In this document: one piece after another, positions 37,801 to 49,600 of the stretch
Position numbering within the stretch: position 1 is the first letter of the stretch
How the letters are laid out: each line of letters starts with the position of its first letter
Source of the DNA: Amoebophrya sp. A120
Taxonomy: Eukaryota; Protista; Dinoflagellata
NCBI GenBank assembly: GCA_905178155.1
Contig: CAJINV010000002.1
Span: 2,043,216 to 2,107,215 of the forward strand
Reading direction: 5' to 3'
DNA length: 64,000 nt
The notes under the pieces: generated by a model
Database searches by the model: none
The model's input: the letters and a program-made list of their open reading frames with translations, nothing else
What the model was told of the DNA's origin: nothing
Made by a program: the position numbers and the translations under genes

Positions 37801-40225
37801 GACGTCAAACCCGTAACAATACGCCTTCAACAAATCCACGATCAGCGTCGAAAACAGCTGGCACTGGGTTTGCGTCAACTGCGGGTGGTTTTTCTTCAAA
37901 TGACACAGTCCAAAACAGAAATCCAGCGCGTATTGCGGCAGTCGCTCTGTTGTGTACTTCGATCTGTGTAGAGAGCCGATCCTCTGTGCTTCGAACAGGT
38001 TGAAGTAGAGTTGCTTGATTCCGTAATTCGTCACCATGTTATTCGTGTTCGCGTCGTAGCGGAGTTTCTTCGGTTTGAGGAGCATCGGGTCGAGGGGATC
38101 AGAATTATCATCTTCATTCTCAGCAACCACGTCCGGATCCTCTTCCTCATCCTCATGAGGCATGGGTTCGCTGGCGAGGAAGATCAAATCCAAAGTTCCG
38201 TCGTCCTCGTCTACTTGGTTGATTTGCGACCGCCAGTGGTAGCCTGCGAAGTACTCGGTGACTTTCCTTTCCGGGCTGTTAGATCTGCGGTTGTTTTTTT
38301 CGTCATCGCTAGAGGGGTTGTCATCATCTACCTCACGACCTGGCGCTCTACTTGGCTTCCGCAAGGGGAGGATCGCTGCGTTCCGCATGCTCCTACTCGG
38401 AATCTTCAGCTGGGTTTTGTGGCGGAGCAGGTTGTGCTGATGTTTCATCTTTCTCTGCGATGATAGTGGGCTCTTGCTGAAACCTTGTGCTCCCTGCCGA
38501 CCACCAGGACTGCTGCCCCCACCTTGAGGTGAAGAAAACAAAAAATCCGCAGGCGAAGAAGCCGCATTGCTATCCGGAAACCGGTATCCTCTGCAAAAGT
38601 ATCGTACTCGTACTAATTGCGGTCTGGCATGACAGATTCGCTTTTTTACCTGAACCTGCATCACAAATTCCGTTTTTCTTTCTGGACAAATTTGTCATGC
38701 GACTTATCCTTATGCTAGTTGTACGATAATTTTGTAATTCATAACCGGTTCTTCCTCCCCAAATCTTGTGCTCTTTCGTTCCCGAAAGGCCGGTCTTCTC
38801 TATCCTGTGCAAAAGTATCGCACTCGTACAAATGCAAGTCTTGCATTTACAAATCTTGTTTCCAAGGCAAATCTGCATTACAAATTTTATTTCTCATGCT
38901 GATAAAATTTGTAATGCATTTATACGAGTACGATACTTTTGCAGTGCATACTCTCCAAACTGGCGCAACATGGCGTTCTGATTTTCCTGCTCGTTTATCG
39001 TGTTCCAGTCTTTTCGGTATTGCGCCTCATCACCTAACAGAGGAAACTGCTTCGGACCGTATTCCCCGTCGGAAAGTCGGACGCCGGTGTTGCCACCTAC
39101 GCCGACAAATTCTGGCGGAGGACCACCGGCAATTTCCTTGTTTCCGCTGCCACCACCGTTATTCACTGTATCCGGCATCGGTAAAGGAATCCCTCGTAGA
39201 AAACCGAAATCCGGCCTTCCAGCAGCACCAGCAGCTTGCTTCCGCCTCCTCCTTGCCTCCAAATCCTCCGCGTCCTCGAAATTTTCGCCGTAGTAGAGGA
39301 GGTTCTGCGAATTTTCCCTGTAGTGGTTGACTCCGTCGACGAGGAATTTCTCCACGTCCAGTTTATCCTTCCAGGTCGGTTTCCGAGCGTGCGTGGTGGA
39401 GGAGCAAAAGGTGGAAATAGATTCTTGATCCTCGTCTATGAGGTTGTCTTGCTGATCAGCACCGAATCCTCGTGTTTGCAAGTTTTCTTCCTGCTCAAGC
39501 TCATCCGGGTTTGCCTTTCCTTCTGCTCGCTTCTTGCCGCGAGCTCCTCCAGGCGGAAGCGGATCATCCCCACGGATATCGGATTCCAAAAACTCCCAAA
39601 ACGGATTCACGGTGCCGGAAAAAAAATCCTTGTCGCGAGATTTCTGCTGCTCATACTCCAACTGGCCGTAAACATGCTCTTTCTCTTCAACATGGAAAGA
39701 AACCCGCTTTGGTGATTGGTGTCTCCTTGTGCTGATGTGCTTCGGCGGACTGCTGGTTGCACTACTGCTTGACGCTGCTGATGCAGATGAAACAGAACAA
39801 TTCGCATTTTTTGCTTCCCGCGCGACGTGTGGCTTCTCTTCCAAAATCTCCACCACCAAATCGTTCCTACTCACCTGCAGCGTCAACACATTTCCCGCAT
39901 CCCTCGCGTACCCGTGCCATACCCCGACCGAAGATCCGATTTTACTTCCGATGACGAATTTGTGTTCGAAGGGGATGGGGAGGTTGTAGAGGAAAATTTT
40001 CGCGGATTCTCTGTTGGTGTTGAAGGTTTCGTCTTCGTTTTGGAGGAAGTTCGTGGAAGAACGAGAAACCGGTTTCGGTGCTACTTTTTCGTAGGCGATT
40101 TGGGTGTTGGTGTGGTCTTGGATCGTTTTTGCGGTTTGGATCTGCACGTATTTTCCGTCAATATCCAAATGAGGACTGCGGATGCGGACGCAATGTGGAT
40201 GTCGATGTTTTGAGGAGGACATCAT
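34853..40225 (-). CDS. Large hypothetical protein (~1350 aa) with ARM-like helical repeats
   Basis: Frame continuous after removing 7 introners. LLLSVMDLYPNWRKIQGAAMFALARV resembles an armadillo repeat. The 3' end may splice into the 24786-34566 model. Confidence 0.7.
35326..35470. mobile_element. Introner family B (reverse orientation)
   Basis: DR ctgcg/ctgcg. Interior is the reverse complement of 2056-2199. Confidence 0.92.
35551..35814. mobile_element. Introner family A
   Basis: DR gattt/gattt. Removal gives PNWRKIQGAA. Confidence 0.9.
35884..36092. mobile_element. Introner family H
   Basis: tatccaagaaaaaaactgtgttagtgtaact...agttacacttacacagcttttttcttgcata. DR acggt/acggt. Confidence 0.9.
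36986..37196. mobile_element. Introner family H-like
   Basis: DR tccga/tccga. Removal gives FSDSESDYD. Confidence 0.88.
37256..37405. mobile_element. Introner family B
   Basis: DR gcgta/gcgta. Removal gives GVYATDQS. Confidence 0.9.
38585..38743. mobile_element. Introner family B
   Basis: DR accgg/accgg. Removal gives RKNRFPDSN. Confidence 0.9.
38801..38950. mobile_element. Introner family B
   Basis: DR ttctc/ctctc. Removal gives QFGEDRPFG. Confidence 0.9.
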
Positions 40226-41523
40226 GACTACTCTTGTATTGTTTTTAGCACACGAGTATGGATTTTTACAACATCAACACGTCGAAGACAAAGCTCAAAC
40301 GAGGCTGCAAGGGATCCTGATGTTCTAGTGGTGGTAAAACGAAAATCGTTGCGACAGTAATACCATATCAAGTGCGTTTCGATTAAAAATTACTAGTGAT
40401 GTCAAAGGGAAGCGATTGATACGACAAAAAGAGCGACAGAAACAACGACACGACTTCGTAATATCATTATCAACTTGAGAATCACGACGAGCGATCACGA
40501 TGTGCGAAGTACACGACTGCGGCTTCAATGGCATTGCGCTCCAATGAAAATGGAAGTTTGAAACGACTAGAGGCGACGGGCAACGACCTGTTACTTTAAT
40601 TTTCCGGTACCGATAACGACGATTCGATATTGAAAGAGAACAACTGGCGTCTTTGCCGCAACGAGACATAAGTAGTCGGAAGAACCCGCACCACATGTGG
40701 CAAGCCGAGTCCTTCGTTTTGTTTTTGCATCACAAAGTTGTTGATGGGGTAGAAGCCGGCGTGAAATTTAACAAGCAAGGTCCTTGTGAAATCTTCAACT
40801 TCTGGATGAAATTGGGTAGCACTGCAGGGGTAGATATTAAGATTATTTCTGCGTAAAGATAAAAGTCGTGTAAAGAAGGAAAATGTGAAAGTTAAAGTTC
40901 ATAGAAGCTCCTCTTCATCTCTGAACGTTCCCGTCAAGTATGCCAGCAGTGGCCGCTCCACCCGGGGAGGTGGATGGAAGCAAACTACTGCCAAATGCGT
41001 TGCTTTTTTCGTCGACCCGAAAGATGAAATCTTCGTGTAGTCGACACGCTCGTCTGAACCCACGTTAATTCGATGGATCCTCGGAGCAAAAAAGTAATCA
41101 GCGATCAAATCTTCTTCCACCTTTGCAAGCTGCGAATCGTGGCAGGTGCAGAATCATCGTTTCATCATCTGGCGGTAGCCGGGACGACGGGTCTGCAAGG
41201 CTCTTACTGGTATCGAGGAGTAGAACCTGATAGTGATGTTTTTTCTTTTGAGTTATCTCAGCGGAGCAAAAAATTCAGCACAGCATCAAAAAACGATGCG
41301 GTAAAAAGGCGTCATGAACTACATGATCATGCGAGGAAAAACAAGCAACTCCTCCAAACTGATGTTATTCTTATTCACGTTCACGTACCTGCAATAAACA
41401 CCGTCTCTGCGCCGCACGACAATGACAATCTTTGCACCTGCTAGCACGCCGTTCTTACGCGAAATCGAAGAAGAGATGATCGGTCGAAGAAGAAGTTCAA
41501 GTTGTTCATCTTGCACAAATCTT

Positions 41524-42504
41524 TTACTCCAACCCCGCGAAGAAGTCCTCGTCGTTCACGTACGCCTCCCCCTTCTCCTCCGCCTCCTTTTTCAACCTCT
41601 CCTCCTCTGCCTTTTTCTGCTCCAGATCCGCTTTGACCTGCTCCTTCTTCGCGTTTTGCTCCGCTTCTTTTTCCTCCTTTTTCTTTTTCGTGATCAACTT
41701 CGTCAATTCCCCCTGAAAAGCCTCCATCTGCTTCAACTCTAACTTCGCAAACTGCTTCTCCACCGCGAGGGATAGGCATTTCCCGTGCGCGTTTTTGGAA
41801 ACAACGCCTTTTTTGTTCGTGGTAGCACCAGTTGTACCCGATTTCACCGACTGTTTCTCGTTTTCCGCGGAAGATGCTGGAAACAATTTCGGCTGTAAGA
41901 ACTGCGTGATCAACTTCTCCACGTCCTGCATCTGCTTCACTTCAAAGCTCTCAAAGCTGTTGATCGTTTGCACAGAGCCGTCCTTTTTGTTCAAAGCGTC
42001 GATATTACCGGTTGTCAATTCAGGGAGCAAAGTCTCCTTCTTCTTATCCTTCGCCGGACTCGGACTGCTCTGGATCTCTGACGGGGCGTCGGATTTGTTC
42101 ACAATCACCGGCGGAGTGGTACTGGAGCTGAAGACAGAAGAAGTTTTGTTGTCCTGATCCAGAATCTCGTAGTTGTCGTCATCGTGTTCTACTTCCTTCT
42201 TCTGCGTTGTTGTCGGAGTCGTCGTCGCACCAGCCGGGGCGGAGGTTGTTGGTTTAGTTTTTGAAGAAGAATTATACATGGCAAAAGCATCGCACTCGTA
42301 CTAAACTAATTGCAGTTAATATGCATGACAAATCCTCTTGTCAAGGTTGTAAAACAAATTCCATTTCTCATGCTGAGCAAATTTGTAATGCGATTTATAC
42401 TTAGCACGATACATTTGCAATGCATAAGAGTCATCCGCTCCCTCCCAGTCGTCCTCCTTCTCCTCCTCGGACCAGTTGTCCTCGTCTTCCCAGTCGTCCG
42501 ACAT
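41524..42504 (-). CDS. eIF3 subunit J (Hcr1)-like protein, ~273 aa
   Basis: Acidic Trp-containing N-terminus MSDDWEDEDNW...DDWE, a Lys/Glu-rich helix and C-terminal DEDFF match the eIF3j layout. One introner. Confidence 0.6.
42273..42426. mobile_element. Introner family B
   Basis: DR agaat/agagt. Removal gives ADDSSSKTK. Confidence 0.88.
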
Positions 42505-43692
42505 GGTGATAGGTTTTTGGTGCTTGGTTTTCTTGATTCAAGATGAAGGTAACTAATGTCGTGGGTGCAAATGCAGAAGTCTAATTATACACGTATCGGA
42601 ATCGTTGTGCAATGGCAGTGCTAGTAAAAAATGGGTGGTCCTGTAGTCATTTGTGGATTGAAAATTTTTTGGTTTTGAGAATGGGCAAAACTGCAGCAAA
42701 GAGCTTTGTGATTCTGGTTACTGTAGGTGCTTCAACAGCTAGAGATCTTTTCAAAAATTTGATGGCAGCACACTGCTTGGTACTTTCTCTTGCTAGTCAA
42801 AAACTCAAAATTCTAGATCGTACTATTCGTGGTGTCCATCCGATAGCAATAGCAATAGCGCTACCCTCCCTCTTTGAAGAAAAAACCTCCTTGCTAGAAG
42901 AAGTCATTTTGATTTTGATTGATTTGTGACTGATCTGTTACGTTAGCTAGGTATGGAGTGTAGTTGCGATTCTTGTGTTCATTTTCTGCGATACGTGCTC
43001 TCACGAGGTTCGGAACCGAATTGCAGTTGCGAAATTTCACTTGGAGCTTAGATTTAGTTTTAGGAGTTCGAGTTGCATTTTCGAAAGTTTCTCGACCCTG
43101 CACGACCCTGTCTGGAATAATTCTAGTGGCTCCGAAATGAAGTGCACTCCTTGACGAGGTTATTTTTGTAGTGAAGTCTTGCAAAAACAGAACTACCAGG
43201 AACACTTGCGACCAGCACATCGTTCTCGATTTATCAAGAATTTCACGCTTCGGCACGACAGCGGATACTAGCAATACAGATACAGAAACTAGAACCACAC
43301 AAACATTCGAAGTTTAGTTTATTTTCACATCTGTTGCTACCTCATCTACTCAGGCTCAGCCTATGACTGTGTTGAAATTGAGCTGTGCAACAGCGTGCTC
43401 ATACGAAATACAGGAGAGATACGTATTTGGTTTGACTTTGTAATCTACACTACTAGTAGAGCGCCATGAAAAAATGACACAAGAATTTGGACAAGAAAAA
43501 TCTCAAAATGCGAGTACGTGCTCGTGAGTACTAGGATGTGCTTCAGAATACATGTGTAAACGGTAAACTGCACCGTTTTTTTACTGATGGTAAAAATGCT
43601 ACTGAAATAATGGGTAATTCCTCAATTGACAACTGGAATGGGAACGACAATGGGTAAAAATTTTGCTTTGAAAAATACACATCAAAAGAATC

Positions 43693-46600
43693 TCACGTCC
43701 CCTTCGGATACGCTTCCGGAGTCGGGGTGTTCTCCACGTCCAAAAATCCCGACAACCTCATCGTCTTCAACCGTTCCCCCTCAGTTGTGCCTTCGTCTGT
43801 TGGGCCCACACTCGCCCGGGATTTCCTCGTCGCCGTCGCGTTCATATCGTGATGCGGTGCGGTATCCGCGTCGACGGACCCGAGTTTCCTAAAGTGCGAC
43901 TTTGGCCTGGCGATATCTGCTTCTTCTGTGTTTATCTCCGCGATTTCGTGGTCTAGGTTCCGCGGGGACAAAGCCGGAACCGAATCCTTCATCGCAGCAG
44001 CTGCCGCTGGTGCAGGTGGCGCTAGCCGGGAACCCGCTTTGAAGTGCGCTTTTGGCCTCGCGACATCATCTGAGGCCTCGGTTTTCATTTCTGCGATTTC
44101 CTTATCAAGCGCTCGCGGGGACAAATCCGCCGCAACGTTATTCATCATCGGCGGCGTTATCCTCGGACTAGCGGTCGGCCTCTTTGCAGCAGCACTACTA
44201 TGGAAGTGCGCCTTCGGCCTCGCAACGTCCACCTCTTCGATTTTTATCTCCGCGATTTCCTTATCCCTTTCGCCAAGAAGTCCTTGTGTTCCCGTCGTCT
44301 CCCGGGATTCTCTCGGAGACGAAATCGAAATTGCCTCCGACGGTTTTTCGATCCGGGGCGAGGCAAGCATCGTGGTGCTGTCCTTCGTCGCTCTTGATGA
44401 GGTCGACGGGAGACGTGGGGAAGCGATGTCACTCGGCAAATCCTGCGGCTTGTCGATCCTCGGGGAGGAGAGGGATTGTTTGTGGAAATGGGATTTTGGT
44501 CGCGCGATATCTTCCGCGTTTTCCTGTTTCATTTCCGCGATTTCGTGGTCTAGGTTGCGAGGGGACAAAACGGGTATGGAATCTTTGTTTCCGTCTGAAG
44601 AAGGCTTCAGCGGCACACTGTTTTTCTTCATAAAAACCGGCTTCGCGACCGCATCATCTACCTCGTGATTCAACGCGCTCTCTGCTCTCGCCTGGCTGAA
44701 TCTTTTCTGAGGTGCGGTTGAAGTTGTTTGTGAAGGTCTCGATGGTGCGGGTGCAGTAGCAGTGCTGTTGTTCTCGTCCACCTCTGGATGCTCATCCGGA
44801 ACGTCTGAGTGGGAAACTTGTAGTTCATCGTCCTTCATGAAATCGGCAAGATTTTCTTTTTCCGCTGTTTTCTCTGCTACCGACTTCTTCGCTTCCGCGG
44901 CAGACCTCGGGGATAAAGCGTTGATGTACTCCATCTGATCGGAGGCTGACATCTTCCCGAAATTTTTCGGCATTCTATCCTGCCAAAACGCCGGTCGGGG
45001 CGTTTGCGTTTCTTAGAGCTTTAACACCCGTTAGCATGAGAAGTGGTGAGTTTGTAGTGAATTTTGCATGACAAATAGCAGAGGAGACTGCCGGGACATT
45101 GTCCCTTTTGCTCTTCTGGGAAGTGGGTTCTGCACACCGCAGAAGTTAGTTGTCCAGGCTTATGCGGCGGGCAGCTGGACATGGCCTGGGCGTCATTCTT
45201 TGGCCATGTGAGTTTCGTCTTCCTGTGCTTGCAAAAGAGCAAGCACTGCAGCAGCCGCGGCAAACACGCCAAAAACAAGAGCCGCGAAGCACATAAGCGC
45301 AGTTTAGGCAAGATGAAGGCGCGGAAGCAAAGGCGAAAGGACCCGGCCGAGAGCTTTGACGCGTCTATCCGGCAGGCGCGTGAACTCTCCAGGCCTTTTC
45401 GGCAGAATATAGAGGCGCCTAGGGCAACAGCGGGCGCCTGTCTTTTCCCCTCGGCCCCACTTCCCAGGGTCTACTTGTGCGTTTTTTTGAGCACTTTTCT
45501 GCGCTAAACTTTGCTTATCACGGTCGAAAAGTGGCGCTCGGTGAATTTTGGGGTGAATTTTGAAAAGGACGCCGGTGAGTTTTGTCCTCCGGCTCTTTTT
45601 CAAAATTCGCTAGCGCGTGAGAAACTCCGGGTTTTGGGGCTTCAACAAAGTGTCGCCAAAACAAAAAGTCCCAAAATTCACCAAGGGAATTCTTGACCTG
45701 GGGATCACGTCGAATAAGACTTGCTCCGGAGGCAAAAAGACACGTAGGGAGCTGTGAGCAGAGCACAGCAGGCGAAGCAAGCTAGCGTCCGCGGCCGAAT
45801 CGTGCCTCCCCTTCCACCCGAGGCTGCTCCCAGATATCCAATTCCAAGCCACAACCACAACTCGTGAGAGCATACATGTTGAACTAGTGCCCCTGTGTTC
45901 AGGCGTCGCCCTCCCTTTCGACCATTTCGGAGAGGAACTTCTGAGGCAGACGCGCAGATGAACAAGAGCCCCACGATTCACCATCTTTGGTTACATATGC
46001 CCTACACAGTCCGGCGGGCCCCCGCAAGACCACTTCTTTCGGTGCTGCAAGTGCCACCGGGCGACGAGCAGCCCCTCACGCTGCGTGGGCTGCTTGGGCT
46101 CGTGTGTCTAATACGCAGCGCCCTTCTCTTTTGTTAGTATTAAATGCAAGTCATGCAATACAAATTCACTGCAAATTCACCATTCTGTATGCTAACGACC
46201 GTGCAAGGCATAAATCTGATCGGCAGCCGACATCTTCCCAAAATTATCCTGCCAAAACGCCGGTCGGGGCGTTTGCGTCTCCTGGTCGTGGATTTCGATA
46301 CGGTCCATCTCGGTGGCTTTCATTTCCACCTTTGGTGCGGCCTCTGTAGAAGGAGCGGGCTTCTCTTTCTTCTGCGTCTGAGAGGACGGCATAGTTGTAG
46401 TTCCTGCTGCTGTTTTATCTTTCGAAAGAACTTGTTTCCGCACCTGGTTGCCCTTGAAATTCGCCTGAATTTTCAGAGCAGAAATCGTCATCTCTTTCTT
46501 CTCCTTCTCAACCTCTTTTCTCGCTTGTTTCCCTTTGAAATTTGCCTGAATTTTTGTAACCGCGGTTGTGGTTTCTTCTTTTTCCTTCTCAACCTTTTTC

Positions 46601-49600
46601 CTCGTTTCCTTCCCGCGGAAGTTCGCCTGGATTTTCAAAACCGCGTTTTTTTCCTCCTCCTTCTCTTTTGAGACTTTCTTTCTCGCCTGGTTCCCGCGGA
46701 AATTTGCCTGCAATTTTGTTGCCGCGGTTTCTTGGTCGGAGTACAGCGTTTGGCTGTCCTCGTCTGGATCGCGATTTCTTCTAGGCGTTTCTTCCTCGAC
46801 TGGTTGGGGTGGCGGTGCGACTTCCGCATCAACCGCGTCCTGCCGTTCTTTTGACAAAAATTTCTCCGCCCCAGTCGCGTTCCCACTCTCGTCATGGAGG
46901 ATCAAGTCGCCAGTCGCTTCGAGAGCTGCTTTGCTTGTCATAGCCGCGGTTTGAATCAGAACGTCGGTGTTGTCGGCCTTTTTGTTACTGTTGATCTTCA
47001 TTTTCATCCCATTTGTCGGCACATGGTCCTCCGTTTTGTGCAGTTTGATCGGGTGGCGGAGGTTGGTTTGCTTGTTGTTTTTCGAAGAAGCAGAAACACT
47101 ATCAAGAATCGCTTGCTTCTGTAGAGTCCGCTCCGCGGACCTTTTCCTAACAGCGGCGTTCGGTGACCTACTCCTCGGCGGCGTCGGGCTCAAGGAAGGT
47201 TTCTGCGACGAAGCAGCTCTTGCTTTTATTTTCCGCTCTCGACTAGAAGACAATCGAAACCTCTCACCGCCCTCCCGCCAGGAAACCGGGGGTGTTTCAG
47301 CACGGTTTTTCGACGCACGACCTCCACCGCGGATAACGGAGGACAAATCCAGCTGTGTCCCGTTGAAGCCTTGGTACTTCGTCACAGGGACACTCCGATC
47401 CTGTACATTGCTGTATATCTGGGAAATGGTCGTATTTGCCGGATCTGGGCGTCTCTGAATCCCACTCAAACCTACCGGCTTGGGCGACATCGAACGGGCG
47501 CGTTGCTTTTTCGTCATCGAGGGCTTTTTCCGCCACATCTCCGGCACGGGTTTCCTTTTGTCCAGTTTCCGATCGCTGGTCAAAGTCGACATCTGTTTCA
47601 CCGGGGTGAAGGGGTCTGCTTTTCTAGTTGTCTTCGTCGTCTGCCGCGCGTCTAAAACCTGCCCATTTAATATTCCCCCACGGGGCGACGCACGAGGAGA
47701 AGTCGCTTCTATTTCCCTTTCCCTGATCGCAGCAGAAATGGTCGGTTTGGTCAAATTTGCGGAAAACGGCTTATTCACTGTCAATCCCTTCTCATCCTTC
47801 CGCCCGTGTTTCGGCGGCGGGGTTTTAGACCGGACATGTAAGTGATGATGATGAAATGTCGTCGCAAAGGCCTCTTGTTTCGCGCGCTCTCTCAACTCAT
47901 TCTCCGACACCTTCACCTTCCCAAGAGCGATCAATTCCTCTCCCCGGATTCTTTTATTCGTGTACAGAGTGGGGGAGACAGAGCCAATCTGGATAAACCG
48001 CCGCTTTTTCTTCCCCGTTTTGGAAGACAGAGATTTTTTCTTTTTGTCCGGAAGATCGACGTGGTCGGGGACGTCAATTTCTTCAATGTAGATCTTGTAT
48101 TGCTGCTCGGCGAAGAGATCCTCCTCCTCCTCTTCAGTCTCGTCCGCGTTATTTGCGTTGATGTTCCTAGTACCAGTAAGAGCCTCCTCGTCCGTTTGCA
48201 CCTCCTCGTCTTTTATCTCCGGTTGAGTTTGAATATTTTCCGATTTTTTATTCCGACTCTGCTGCTGTCTCTCTGCGGGAGACGGAGAAGAAGTTCTCGA
48301 TTTCCTCACCTGCTCGTGCATTATCCTGAGTAAAAACGTCCCCACACCAGAGTCAGGATGGGGATTTTGCAACACAAACCTAGGAGTTTTGGGGGTAACG
48401 CATGACAAATTGCACTCCGCAGTGTCGTGCTGGTTAGCAAGTGCAGCCGCGTCACAGATTCATCTGCTCATCCTGTTCACAGCATCGCAAATTCCAAAAC
48501 ACGACTGGCAATGGCTCTCATGGGGATGCGCATTACAAGTCTTCCTGTCTTTGCAAATCTGCATTACAACTCTGGTGTGGGTACATTTTTACTCAGGATA
48601 TGCATCTCCAAGAACTCACTCCGGAGGGACAAAGGCTCGGCGACTTGACTACGCTTTACTGCAGCTAGAGGTGCAGGAACTTCTGCAACCGTGCCTGCTT
48701 CTGCTGTGGCACCAATAGCGCCTCCAGTGAAAGACAAAACAGAGTGGGAACTTGCGGATTGGCTTTGCTGATCCGCGTCTTTCGCAGGCGTCTGTGCTTG
48801 CGCACCAGCGTCTTTCAGCAGTTCGTCCCGGTATTTCGGCACGAAGGGTTTGTCCAGGTCAGAGTCCTCCTCTGGCGTTTTGGGTTTGGTGCTGCTCGAT
48901 TTCCGGGTTTGTTGCTCTGCGCTCTTTCGCGCCACTGGCGCCTGCTCTTTCGGCTCTGTTGATTTTCGATTTACTGCAGAGTCACGAGCAACAGGACCAT
49001 CACTGGATGGCGGCATCTTCGCTTTTTCCACGGCAGAAAGTTTCTCATTCGCGGATAACCGGGGGACGGTTAAGAAGTTTTGTTGACCAGAAGAAGATGC
49101 TCTTTGCTGCTGCTGTTGTTCTCCCGCCTGCGAAGCGAGTTTCCTTGCTTGCATTGCTGTCGCAGAAGTTTGGACCGTGCTGGAAGACCTTGCCGTCCCC
49201 GTTTCGTAATCCTGCTGAATAGACAGTGACTTTTCATCCAATGTTTGCAGCCCTCCGGCGGTTGCAGTTTGACCTCCGGGGAGGGGAATCTGCAACAAGT
49301 CGTTGATAGCGGCTTTCAAGTTGTCCATTTCCGACTGAGAAACTTTGCTCATGTCCGTCTTGCGCTCATCTTGATGCTTGCCGCCAGTGTCTTTGCCTTT
49401 GCTAGCGGTACTACCGGTACTGAGCCGCTCCACCGAAACTACCGAAAGATTCTGCTGTGTCTTATCCCCCCGGTCGGACTTGCTACTCGCACGAGAAAGA
49501 GCTGCTTCTTTATGATCCTGATCACCAGGAAGAGCATGCACTGTTGTCCTGGTAGAGTGGTCGCGCTCCTTGACAGAGACCACAGAAGCCTCGCTTTGTC

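Noticed and set aside
40899-41120. 73-aa minus-strand ORF as a small gene
   Set aside because: Plausible composition, but no recognisable homology or supportable exon structure.
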